Of a DNA stretch of 64,000 nucleotides, positions 27,738-37,365 are shown in pieces; the first letter of the stretch is position 1, and each line of letters begins with the position of its first letter. The stretch covers positions 1,088,001 to 1,152,000 of the forward strand of contig CBDCFW010000006.1 of assembly GCA_965216465.1 (NCBI GenBank). The letters run 5' to 3'. The notes beneath the pieces are model-generated. The model had not been told where the DNA came from, made no database searches, and saw only the letters and a program-made list of their open reading frames with translations. A program made the position numbers and the translations under genes. Source of the DNA: Bacteroidia bacterium. Lineage in GTDB: Bacteria; Bacteroidota; Bacteroidia; NS11-12g; UBA9320.

Positions 27738-28864
27738 CAGATAATTTTGAATTTGTAAACTGGAGTGATGGAATGAAAATTAGTTCCAAGCACTTTAAAG
27801 ACTTGGAGAATGTGTTGATGAACAACGTAGTTGCTCATAGTCGAGTATCTACGAATTTTTATTCTTACGGTTTGCTTCAACCTCAAGGTGAATACAACAA
27901 CAGTTTGTCTTTTAACCTCAAACAGCATAGCCAAGATCATGTTACAATTAGTTTAGACCATTGTTTTGGAATCACCCCTGGTGGATTAGTGTTATATATC
28001 GATCACCAATTGGGTTCTACCTTGTATCAAGATAAAAAGGTACACATCCAACAAGCAGCCAACGAAAGTAGTTATTACTTAGTCCTGGGTGTGAGCATGA
28101 TGAAGCGAACTCCATCTGGTGCTATTGATAACGATGAAAAACCGATTCGTCATCAAAATGCATATTTTGAAGTAAACTTTTCACTAATTTCTGAATCAGA
28201 ATTAGATGCATCGAGCCAGTTTGACAATTATCTGGTTTTGCAGAAGTACCAGCTTGAAGGCGAGAATTTTGTTGCAGAAGATGATTATGTAGTTCCAGCG
28301 GCCTCTATACAGAGTACTGAAACTATGAGATTGTATTATAACGATACACTCGAGTTTTTTGGTGACCTTGACCGCTTTGCCATTGAAATTGTTAAAAAAT
28401 CGAGTGAGCGATCATCTTCGTTAGCCAGTAACATTGGCGAATTGGCCATGGAAGTAGCAAAACACCTTTCAACCTTAAACTTCGGGTTAAATAATATTAT
28501 ATACGAGAAACCGCCAATTTACTTGATGCAGTATTATGCAGATCTTGCTTCCCGGTTTAGATTGTTTTTCAAATTAATTGAACCAAGCGAGAAAGAAGAG
28601 CTGCTCAACTATTTTGAAGAATGGACGCAAATTAACCCCGGTCAATTCCAAGATGCTATTAAAGGCGTGTTAGGAATGCAGTACCAACATATTAACCTAG
28701 GACTTGCAATGAAGGATACTCGACGCTTTAGAGATGTAATCTATCAAGTGTTCGAAGAACTAAGCAAGCTCGACTTTATCGGCAAGCGTAAGCAAGATCT
28801 AGGTATAGTTTACGAGAAAAAGAAAAACCAAAAAGGAATATTTAGCCCAATTAAAAGGAAATGA
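27734..28864 (+). CDS. tssK: T6SS-iii baseplate subunit TssK
   Basis: VNWSDGMKISSKHF N-terminus, YGLL, CFGITPGG, terminal LSKLDFIGKRK. Confidence 0.8.
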   Translation: MTDNFEFVNWSDGMKISSKHFKDLENVLMNNVVAHSRVSTNFYSYGLLQPQGEYNNSLSFNLKQHSQDHVTISLDHCFGITPGGLVLYIDHQLGSTLYQDKKVHIQQAANESSYYLVLGVSMMKRTPSGAIDNDEKPIRHQNAYFEVNFSLISESELDASSQFDNYLVLQKYQLEGENFVAEDDYVVPAASIQSTETMRLYYNDTLEFFGDLDRFAIEIVKKSSERSSSLASNIGELAMEVAKHLSTLNFGLNNIIYEKPPIYLMQYYADLASRFRLFFKLIEPSEKEELLNYFEEWTQINPGQFQDAIKGVLGMQYQHINLGLAMKDTRRFRDVIYQVFEELSKLDFIGKRKQDLGIVYEKKKNQKGIFSPIKRK

Positions 28865-29337
28865 AACCATTAAACGAAAAAGAAATAAACTCGACATTTT
28901 TTAAGACCTTAGTGTTTTATCTTATTGCAGCCTTGGTACTTATTGTTTCAGCATTTCTTGGTATTCAGATTAGTAATGTTGAAGATAGTACATACAAGGA
29001 GTATTACGATAGCAATCAGCATATAAAATCAAATAACGAAACGCAGATTTCAGAGTACAATTCAATCAGTGATGACCTAGCACGATTGCGATTGTCGGCA
29101 GATGCGTTTGAGCGCAAAGAGCTTGAAGCTGATTTAACGGATCGAATCGCAGAACAAAGAAGAGGACTGGACTCTACACGTCATTTAGAATCTCTATTGC
29201 TTAAGAATTTCCTTGCAGGAGTGACCTTTATTGAAGAATTAGACAAGGCGGAAGAAGAGTACAACGAATTGAAAAAGAAAAATGCCGAATTAACGCGGAA
29301 ATACAACGACTGTAAAGACAGTGACCCATGGGAGTAA
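28861..29337 (+). CDS. tssO: T6SS-iii membrane protein TssO-like
   Basis: MKPLNEKE..FF then a single TM, coiled coil, terminal ..L..C motif; follows tssK. Confidence 0.65.
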   Translation: MKPLNEKEINSTFFKTLVFYLIAALVLIVSAFLGIQISNVEDSTYKEYYDSNQHIKSNNETQISEYNSISDDLARLRLSADAFERKELEADLTDRIAEQRRGLDSTRHLESLLLKNFLAGVTFIEELDKAEEEYNELKKKNAELTRKYNDCKDSDPWE

Positions 29338-29358
29338 TGTGACCTAATATTTAACAAA

Positions 29359-32300
29359 ATGAAAAACCTAACTAGCCTTATTATTTGCTTGTTGTTTGCC
29401 TCAACAGGGTTCGCACAGGTGCTTGAAACTATCAAGTATGATGATGGAATTGCCCAAACCGCAACTCTTGAAAATATTCAGAATCTTGAACTAATGTACA
29501 GGCACATAGATACAAATAACACTTTAGCTCCTGTTGCTTACAATTTTTATTTTGAAGATAATACCAATCCCACTCCAGATGAATACGAAAGAACCGGCTC
29601 AGTGCCGAGTACAATGTCCACAGATAATGTTTACATAGATGGAGTGAAGGTGAGATCTGGTGGGTTAGGTAAGTTTGAGTTTTCGTTTGCTGCAGGAAAT
29701 TTTGCAACCATTAACATAACACCCAATAGGTTGACGACTGGTAGATTCGACATTAATGTAATGCAATATGATTTTTCTCGCAAGGGAATTACTATACAAA
29801 GTGCAGGGTTGGCTTGTGACACCTTTAAACTTGTAATTGCCGATAGTTCTTTCGACGCAGATGAGAACATCTTTGTTCAATACATATATGATGGTTCAGA
29901 GTATGTTGAAGAGTTAACAAGTTCAAATAATTACACGGCAAAGGTGCCTAGAGACTTAAATGCAAGCAGTAATAAGATTAGCTATTTTGTTTTTAGCTCA
30001 ACGCTTAGTCATAGTGATTTAACTATAACGGGCAATGTTGCCGAATATGATACCTTAGAAGTTCGTTTGGCTGCAATTAATTTCCCAAGTTTTCATTATC
30101 AGCATTTTGATTTTCCTACATTGTCTAATGCTTACAGTTTCATAAACGACGAAGAGCATTGCAACACCAGTACCGATGCAATTGAGCTATCGTGCTCATC
30201 TTGGCCTGATTCAACGTATCTCGAAATAACGAATACGACCAGTGGTTCCTCAACTACCTATCAAAAACAAGAAACGAATGGGCTTTCTGGTAATGCTACC
30301 TTTAACCTTCCTATAGTTCAAAATGACGATAATACTTTCACCTTAACAGTTAAAGACAGCGGGTTTTGTAACACTATTTATTCTGAAGATGTAGTAAAGA
30401 ATGAAGGGAATATTCCGGTTCCCAACAACACCTTTACCAGCGACGATGAATTGTGTTTTGATCATGGAACTGGGTCTAACATTTCGCTGGTTATGAATAC
30501 AAACTTATCCGGAGCAGACTCTATTTATCAGCTTTACGGATATTCAGCAGGAACGAATCTACCTACAACCTTCGCGGATACAAAGGTGAACACTAACTTA
30601 AATGTCAATGAGACATATACCAACTCGACTACATCTATCCATTATTTATATATCGAAACACGAGCTAAAGAAGGAACTTGTTGGTCTACAACCAGTGACT
30701 TTGACACCGTAATCTTTTATCCAGCCTTGCAACAACCAGTTATAACTTTTGCTGATTCGGCATTTTGTAGCGGAACTCAATATGTTGTTGGAATGAAAGA
30801 CATGTCGAGTTTGTCGTCTTTCATAACTGACTTTGAATTGATTGAAGACCCAAATAAAACAACCAATCCGAGTCATAGCATTACAGCAAAGGCTCCTCAT
30901 ATCGATTCATTCAATGTTACCATAACTTCTTCGAACAACAACATTCAGAATGTTCATTTGCAAGGAAAGAGTATTGGTTTCAATAATTGTGAATCTGAAC
31001 CGGTTCAAGTCACGTATAAAGCCACACGCTACCCAACAGTGAGTTCAGACGTAAATCAGTCACTTGCACTCTGCAACGGTTCTGCTTTGAACATTGAACT
31101 CGATGCATTGAACAATTCACAGTTTCGTTCTTATTTCACACAGCCCAGCAGTGGTACCATAGGAGGACTTCCAGGAGGTGAAGTCACTGGAGCAGATCTC
31201 AATATCAGTTCGGTTACCAATAACAGCAATTCCAATTCACGAATCTTTGGAATCAAATCTGTAGCTCAACGCTTAGGTTGTTTGTCTGATACATTCGAAC
31301 ATACCGTAAAGGTTATGCCACAGTCGATAAATGTTTCGATTTCTGCAACAAAAGATCCTGTTTGCTCGAACGAAGAACTTCAATTTACTGCATCAAGCTT
31401 TTTAGACAATTCGAATAATCCCAATTTAGATATTGAGCTAGATGGACAGCCTACTGATCCTTCAGGGGAATTGAGTAGAAATGGTTCACAGTCTGCTTTT
31501 ACAGGAACAACGTTTAAAGATCGACTTGTAAATCCGTCTCAGGCTACCCAAACTGCAACCTATAAGTTCACTGTAACCTACGATTCAGCAGGATTAACGT
31601 GCAACTATGCCGACGAACAAGTTTCGATAGGTGTTCGACCTAGAATTGAAAGACCACAAATCACTTTTGCTGATTCAGCCTTGTGCAGTGGACAAAATCA
31701 CATTATCACACTTCAAGATACTTCAGGGTTTGCTATTCCAAATATGACTTTTGAGAATGTTAACTCTTCAGTGGTGAACGGACCTCTAACAATTACACAT
31801 ATTGAAGAAACTTCACCGCCGTCGACCAGCATGTGGAATGCACAAGTTTCAGTACCGAGCACAAATAAAGCAGTAGGTCGAATTCGTGTTGTGTTTAGAA
31901 CGGTAGGCTTTGATAATTGTAGATCGAGCAATACACCAATAGAGATTAGTGCCACCAAAATTCCAAGTATCAATACAGACTTAACTTCTGACACGGTTTG
32001 CAACGAATCGGTATTAGACATAAACTTATCTACCGATGCAGGAATGTCAGGTGTTTGGTTCAATACACGCTTTGGTCCTGCAAATGGGAATATTACAGGA
32101 ATTCCTTTTGGAAGCGAAATAAAGCATAAAGACGTTGGGCCTTATAACATGGAGAATACAGGGAATTCATTTACCCAGAACTTTGATGTATTCTCTAGAG
32201 CTACTCGATTAGGCTGCTCATCACAAGAAATAAAACGTACACCAGTTGTTTTACCGCACCTTAATACGACTCTTACCGGAGATGATGACATTTGTTCCGA

Positions 32301-33348
32301 AGAGGAAATGACGATTTCGTTCAGAAATCAGCTGAATACTGCGCAAAATCTAAGTTACAATTATCGCCTTGATAATTTCAGTTTGCCTCAAGCGGGAAGC
32401 GTTACACGTATCAACCAAAAAGATGAAGATGACGACCTAAGTTTTACTGAGACACTCAGAAACAATACCAATGATAAGCAAACGGTAGAATATACATTCA
32501 AAGCAAACTACAGCAACCGTTGTTTTTATTCCGATGATTTAACTTGGGAAGTTACCGTAAAGCCTTGGGTAGAGTTTAGCGATCCACCTTATGTTTTAGG
32601 GGAAGATGAAGTTTGCGAAAATTCTGGAGTATTTTTCATTATTAATGAAACGGAACCAGGTGGGAATTACACATGGACGACCAGCTCAGACGTAATTGTA
32701 ACCCAAGATGCTTCAATTAATGGAGGAATCAGTGCACATTTACAATTCTTAAAATCAGGTACTGAAATCATTCGCATATCAGGTTCAAACCCATCTTTTT
32801 GTTCGCAAGAAACCCAGTTTACAGTAAATGTAAATGAGAAGATAGAGGACTTCGATGTCCTCAAAATTCAAAACGTACCGCATGACATGTTAGTCGTTAA
32901 TTTAAATGAGTACGACTCGATAAAGTGGGGAACTTTTGACAAAGCGAATGTTGAAACAAGATCAGATTTCTTGTCGACATTCCAAACCCTAGCAGTTGAC
33001 AATTTTGATCCCGATAACTATTTCTATTTCGCAGAAATATTCGATGGAAATTGTAAATCAATGAACTTTTATAACTATGGGGCTTTAGCCGGGCTTCGAG
33101 GTCTTGATCACCGTTTGATTCAAGTCTACCCAAACCCTTCGAGAAATGTAGTTCACTTGGTTTGGAAGGAAAATGGACTAGTTAAAGGTGGCGAAATTCG
33201 AAATGCTCTAGGTCAACATGTAGATTGTGAGTTTATCGATTCGGGCGGTGAGATTATCATAGATGTTGGACACCTAGCAACCGGAGCTTATTTTGGGTCT
33301 GTAATGTTAGACCAAACAATGTATCACTTTAAATTTATTAAGCAATGA
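29359..33348 (+). CDS. Large T9SS cargo protein with Cys-containing Ig/PKD-like repeats (adhesin-like)
   Basis: Signal peptide; repeated xxCSG/CNG/CSN Ig-like modules; C-terminal IQVYPNP...LATGAYF...KFIKQ type A CTD. Confidence 0.85.
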   Translation: MKNLTSLIICLLFASTGFAQVLETIKYDDGIAQTATLENIQNLELMYRHIDTNNTLAPVAYNFYFEDNTNPTPDEYERTGSVPSTMSTDNVYIDGVKVRSGGLGKFEFSFAAGNFATINITPNRLTTGRFDINVMQYDFSRKGITIQSAGLACDTFKLVIADSSFDADENIFVQYIYDGSEYVEELTSSNNYTAKVPRDLNASSNKISYFVFSSTLSHSDLTITGNVAEYDTLEVRLAAINFPSFHYQHFDFPTLSNAYSFINDEEHCNTSTDAIELSCSSWPDSTYLEITNTTSGSSTTYQKQETNGLSGNATFNLPIVQNDDNTFTLTVKDSGFCNTIYSEDVVKNEGNIPVPNNTFTSDDELCFDHGTGSNISLVMNTNLSGADSIYQLYGYSAGTNLPTTFADTKVNTNLNVNETYTNSTTSIHYLYIETRAKEGTCWSTTSDFDTVIFYPALQQPVITFADSAFCSGTQYVVGMKDMSSLSSFITDFELIEDPNKTTNPSHSITAKAPHIDSFNVTITSSNNNIQNVHLQGKSIGFNNCESEPVQVTYKATRYPTVSSDVNQSLALCNGSALNIELDALNNSQFRSYFTQPSSGTIGGLPGGEVTGADLNISSVTNNSNSNSRIFGIKSVAQRLGCLSDTFEHTVKVMPQSINVSISATKDPVCSNEELQFTASSFLDNSNNPNLDIELDGQPTDPSGELSRNGSQSAFTGTTFKDRLVNPSQATQTATYKFTVTYDSAGLTCNYADEQVSIGVRPRIERPQITFADSALCSGQNHIITLQDTSGFAIPNMTFENVNSSVVNGPLTITHIEETSPPSTSMWNAQVSVPSTNKAVGRIRVVFRTVGFDNCRSSNTPIEISATKIPSINTDLTSDTVCNESVLDINLSTDAGMSGVWFNTRFGPANGNITGIPFGSEIKHKDVGPYNMENTGNSFTQNFDVFSRATRLGCSSQEIKRTPVVLPHLNTTLTGDDDICSEEEMTISFRNQLNTAQNLSYNYRLDNFSLPQAGSVTRINQKDEDDDLSFTETLRNNTNDKQTVEYTFKANYSNRCFYSDDLTWEVTVKPWVEFSDPPYVLGEDEVCENSGVFFIINETEPGGNYTWTTSSDVIVTQDASINGGISAHLQFLKSGTEIIRISGSNPSFCSQETQFTVNVNEKIEDFDVLKIQNVPHDMLVVNLNEYDSIKWGTFDKANVETRSDFLSTFQTLAVDNFDPDNYFYFAEIFDGNCKSMNFYNYGALAGLRGLDHRLIQVYPNPSRNVVHLVWKENGLVKGGEIRNALGQHVDCEFIDSGGEIIIDVGHLATGAYFGSVMLDQTMYHFKFIKQ

Positions 33349-34790
33349 GAATGACTATAGTAAATAAATTAAGACTGCTTTTTGCTTGGGTAATTGTGGG
33401 GTTGTTTGTGCTACCAAGTTCAGCTCAGAATGTTAACGACTCAACATTAGTACACAACACCTTGAAACTTGTTTCAGATTATACCAACTATGGTAAAATT
33501 GGAGGGCCACGCGAAAAGCCTAGAGATCTTAAACGTTTTAAGGCAATATTTGGTGACAGCTGTCAGCTTCAAACCTATACATTCTCGTATGGAGAAGGTG
33601 AAGGATCTGGAGAAATGAAGAGCTATTTACTTGAAGATTATTTAAAAGCATACGGCACTGTTTTCAGCGATGGAGTTACCAAAATAAACAACAATTACTA
33701 TGTTGACTATAGCTCGGCGGCTGATGGAAAGGTTAAGGTGTATATGAACGAAATACTCCGTGGTACTAATGATCTTGGAGAGTATATTTTTAGTAAAAGT
33801 GTTAAACTGCTCATTTTAGATGCCAGAAACCCTGAATCAATAGTTGTTTCCAATGTGTTAGACGTGAACACTTCCATTAAAAAACAAGTAGGTAAATCGA
33901 ACGAGTACTTCTACTTTGGTGAGGACCCATATTTGTTTGAACCTCTTGTAAGTGATCCTACTTGGGCTTATAAGCTTGGTTTTAATGTGAGCAATCCTTC
34001 GATTCAAATGCAGAACATTAGTGACCTAACTCTAAACTCAGGAAGCGGGTTTCAAATCGGTATAAATTACTATCACAATTTAGGGAAGACATTTGCTATT
34101 GGGGCAGGGCTGAACTATGCAAGAACGCAATTTGGCTATTCTGCAACCAATCTTGATGCGGAGTACAAGTCGACTGATGCCAATGGCAATGAGTTCAAAC
34201 AATTACTTACGCAAAATGATCTTTACAATGAAGATTTGTCGATACAGAACTTACGTCTTCAAGTGCTTGGTAAATTAAAGTTAGGTAAAATAAATGTTTC
34301 TGGATTTGCTGGTCCAGCGTTTGCCTTTGGCGGGGCTTCAGATTATTCAACAAACTTGAGCTATGAAGCTATTTATGGTATTGACGAAGCTGGCGGGCTG
34401 CACTATGTAGAAGAGCCAAGTGCTCGATCACTGAGTATAACTCGAGAAACGGTAACGCAAAATAGCGGAGAAACAGATTTGTATTTCGGATTGATGCAAA
34501 ATTTAGGCTACAATGTAGCACTTGACCAAGATCAAGATAGAAGTTTTGATACTGAATATAGCCCAGGCATGCACTTTGGTGTAAACCTAAGTTATCGATT
34601 TAGTTTAGGTGCATTTAATGGTGAAGTAGGAGCTGAATTTGCTCAGACTACATACAACGTAAAACAACAGCAGATTGATGAAGACTATTTTACTAACTTA
34701 AGTTCAATTGATAACCTTAACCCCTTAATATACAATGCCAGCAAGCTTTCAGTGAGCGACCTAGGCATCATTTTGATAATTTACCTATAA
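33345..34790 (+). CDS. Secreted protein with N-terminal soluble domain and C-terminal outer-membrane beta-barrel
   Basis: Signal peptide; FQIGINYYH, IGAGLNY, FGVNLSYRF, EVGAEF strands; terminal ILIIYL. Confidence 0.65.
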   Translation: MRMTIVNKLRLLFAWVIVGLFVLPSSAQNVNDSTLVHNTLKLVSDYTNYGKIGGPREKPRDLKRFKAIFGDSCQLQTYTFSYGEGEGSGEMKSYLLEDYLKAYGTVFSDGVTKINNNYYVDYSSAADGKVKVYMNEILRGTNDLGEYIFSKSVKLLILDARNPESIVVSNVLDVNTSIKKQVGKSNEYFYFGEDPYLFEPLVSDPTWAYKLGFNVSNPSIQMQNISDLTLNSGSGFQIGINYYHNLGKTFAIGAGLNYARTQFGYSATNLDAEYKSTDANGNEFKQLLTQNDLYNEDLSIQNLRLQVLGKLKLGKINVSGFAGPAFAFGGASDYSTNLSYEAIYGIDEAGGLHYVEEPSARSLSITRETVTQNSGETDLYFGLMQNLGYNVALDQDQDRSFDTEYSPGMHFGVNLSYRFSLGAFNGEVGAEFAQTTYNVKQQQIDEDYFTNLSSIDNLNPLIYNASKLSVSDLGIILIIYL

Positions 34791-34792
34791 AC

Positions 34793-35755
34793 ATGAATAA
34801 GAGAATCTTAATAGTTTTTATATCTGTCATTATCCTTGGTTTAGCCATTATTGGTCTAAGGCTGCTACTTGAAGACGAACCTGTTGCAGCTCCAGATCCT
34901 TGTATTGGCTTCTTTACACCACTGCCATCGAGCATTGATGTAGGCCAGAGTTTTATTTTACACTCTAAAGAAGGCAACCTAAGTTGGCGAATTCTTGACG
35001 AAGAGGGAGACGAAATAGAAAGTTTTGATGGTGTTGATGGAGAGTTTACCATGGATTCTGCTGGTAGCTATTCAGTTGAGGTTACCTCAAACAAAGGTTG
35101 TTCAGAAATTACCAGTGTAGAAGTCAGAGGAAAAGAAGAGAAACCAGAAAGAAATGAAAAAGTAGAGATTAAGGGTCCAAATCGTGCGTACGTTGGAAGT
35201 AATGTCAACTTCACAGCCCTAAATGTTGATGCGAATGAGTGCAAATGGAAGATGCCCACAGGTAAGGTTATTAAGCGTAAGAGCAGTGTTTCGTACCGTT
35301 TTGAAGAAACCGGAAACTTTGAAATTAAACTAAGAGTGGATGGAGAAACCTATACCCATCGTGTGAAGGTGACTAAAAGGCAGAATGTAACAACTCCATC
35401 AACCACACCTACAACGACTCCGGTTACGCGACCTCCTGCAAACACAGGTAAAAATTCTCCTGAAAAGGTTAAAGATATAATTACTAAACTTATTGCTTTA
35501 GGTGTTGAAGATTCGGATAATTACAACCCATTTAGAGCAGCTAAGTATCGAAATAACTTTGTTATTGAAGATGAAATTTGTGAAGGTTTTGTGCTTTATG
35601 TAAATGGCAAAGAAACCAAACGAACAGACTTCTTAAGAGGCTTGGGTAAGGATGAAGGAGAAGAAGGTACTGTAGACGACGTAAAATTTAATAGAAACTC
35701 CTCAGGGTGCATCGAATCGTATGAGATTTCAGGGGTTTTCCCAAGGTTAAACTAG
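34793..35755 (+). CDS. tssP: TssP-like PKD-domain membrane protein (copy 1)
   Basis: N-terminal TM anchor, two PKD/Ig-like domains (IKGP..AYVG..V.F, W, Y.F...G.F.IKL), Thr/Pro linker, C-terminal domain with Cys pair. Confidence 0.6.
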   Translation: MNKRILIVFISVIILGLAIIGLRLLLEDEPVAAPDPCIGFFTPLPSSIDVGQSFILHSKEGNLSWRILDEEGDEIESFDGVDGEFTMDSAGSYSVEVTSNKGCSEITSVEVRGKEEKPERNEKVEIKGPNRAYVGSNVNFTALNVDANECKWKMPTGKVIKRKSSVSYRFEETGNFEIKLRVDGETYTHRVKVTKRQNVTTPSTTPTTTPVTRPPANTGKNSPEKVKDIITKLIALGVEDSDNYNPFRAAKYRNNFVIEDEICEGFVLYVNGKETKRTDFLRGLGKDEGEEGTVDDVKFNRNSSGCIESYEISGVFPRLN

Positions 35756-35766
35756 AAAATTGATAT

Positions 35767-36732
35767 ATGAATAAAAGAATTTTAATATTAGTACTGGCCG
35801 TTTTATTAGTTGCAGGTGTGTTGTTCTTTCTTTCTCAACGCACAAAGTCGACTGGGCCCAAAATCGAAGTAAATGAAGAGTGTTTAGATTTTTATGAATC
35901 TCCGTCACCAAACAACTGGGCAGGCGATACAATTGATCTTAATTCAGTTTCAGAAGAAGATGAGTTAGAGTGGGTATTCATTCAAACTGAAAAAGAAGAT
36001 GTAGAGTATGAAGCGAGTGGGAATTCAACATTTATTGTTATCGATGTAGCAGGCCCATACGTAGGTATTGTTTCAAACCCTGCAGGATGTATTGATACAT
36101 TCTATTTTGAAATTGAGGAACAACTTGTTGAAGAGGAAGAAGATATCAATGTTCGAATTAAAGGACCCGGCTCAGGTATGGTCGGCCAAGAACTAGAATT
36201 TGAGGCTCGAGGTGTTACCGCTGAAAAATATGAATGGTCGATGGGAGAAGCAGGAGGAGTGATTGAGGCCGGAAATAAAATGAAGTATACCTACAATACT
36301 CCTGGTAAGTATCAAATTAAATTGCAGCTAGATAATGGCTTGTATGTTAAGTATAAAACCGTTGTAATCAATCCTGAAAGAGAAGACGTTGTTGAAACAG
36401 TTGATGAGCTAGCCAAGTTGAAAGCCAAATACGAGCAGTCTGCAAAAGCAGCAATTAATGAAATAGTTGGTTTGGGTAGTGCTGATGATTTTGACTACGA
36501 CACCGAGAAGGCAAGAGACTTATTCAATAAGAAATTCAAGAGCAATTACACGTGTGGTGATGTAACATTCGAGGTTAATGGTAAACCCATAGGAGAGCTT
36601 GCATTTTTTAGAGCTCTACAGTACAATGGGTCAACAAGTAACTACAAAGCAACTGATGTAAAATTGGAATACAACAAAGAAGATCAGTGTTTCAATAAGT
36701 ATAAAATTACCGGGTCATTCTCTGGTTTATAA
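35767..36732 (+). CDS. tssP: TssP-like PKD-domain membrane protein (copy 2)
   Basis: Starts MNKRILI like copy 1; IKGPGSGMVGQELEF, YEWSMGE, YTYNTPGKYQIKL PKD motif; C-terminal VNGK...F...C..Y.ITG shared with copy 1. Confidence 0.65.
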   Translation: MNKRILILVLAVLLVAGVLFFLSQRTKSTGPKIEVNEECLDFYESPSPNNWAGDTIDLNSVSEEDELEWVFIQTEKEDVEYEASGNSTFIVIDVAGPYVGIVSNPAGCIDTFYFEIEEQLVEEEEDINVRIKGPGSGMVGQELEFEARGVTAEKYEWSMGEAGGVIEAGNKMKYTYNTPGKYQIKLQLDNGLYVKYKTVVINPEREDVVETVDELAKLKAKYEQSAKAAINEIVGLGSADDFDYDTEKARDLFNKKFKSNYTCGDVTFEVNGKPIGELAFFRALQYNGSTSNYKATDVKLEYNKEDQCFNKYKITGSFSGL

Positions 36733-36743
36733 AGATGTAAATT

Positions 36744-37358
36744 ATGAATAGATTTGTTTTAATTCTCGCATTATTTTTTCTGTCGTTCACGGCTGAAAAG
36801 GCACAAGAAAAAACGTTGTCTTTGATTTTCGTTGACAATAGTAAAATTAGTACTTCGGATGGGCTGAACAGTGCAATGATCGATAACATGGAAGCCAAAT
36901 TGACAGAGCTTGACCAACGAGCTGAATCAAATCACTTTATGTTGTACGCTTCAAATGGACTAGAACCTAAGGTTGCAAAAAGTGTAGAGGATGCTAGACA
37001 GGTTTTAGCGACATTAAATGACTCTTATTTTGAGTTCCCCATGCAGCAGTACGATAAGGATAGAATCATTGCTGAATTTACCAAAAGTGATGCTCAAGTT
37101 GGATCTTTGGATTTGAACTTCTATGTGTCCTATACTTACGCAGAGAAATTTATTACAGATCAACCGGCAGTGCTTGGAAATCTTGTGTCTGAGCTAACGA
37201 TGAAATATGGGCTGGAACGAGAAGATAAAGTGGTGATAAACCTTCACTATCCGAAGGCTCAAAACCTTCCGAAAAATATGCAGGAAAATCTTGAAGAAAG
37301 CATATCGATTCTTAAATTTGGCCTAAATGTTGAAATAAACATTCTTGAACACAATTAG
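36744..37358 (+). CDS. Secreted/periplasmic hypothetical protein within the T6SS locus
   Basis: Signal peptide; LIFVDNS start of an alpha/beta domain; lies between the tssP-like and tssR-like genes. Confidence 0.65.
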   Translation: MNRFVLILALFFLSFTAEKAQEKTLSLIFVDNSKISTSDGLNSAMIDNMEAKLTELDQRAESNHFMLYASNGLEPKVAKSVEDARQVLATLNDSYFEFPMQQYDKDRIIAEFTKSDAQVGSLDLNFYVSYTYAEKFITDQPAVLGNLVSELTMKYGLEREDKVVINLHYPKAQNLPKNMQENLEESISILKFGLNVEINILEHN

Positions 37359-37365
37359 TAGTATT

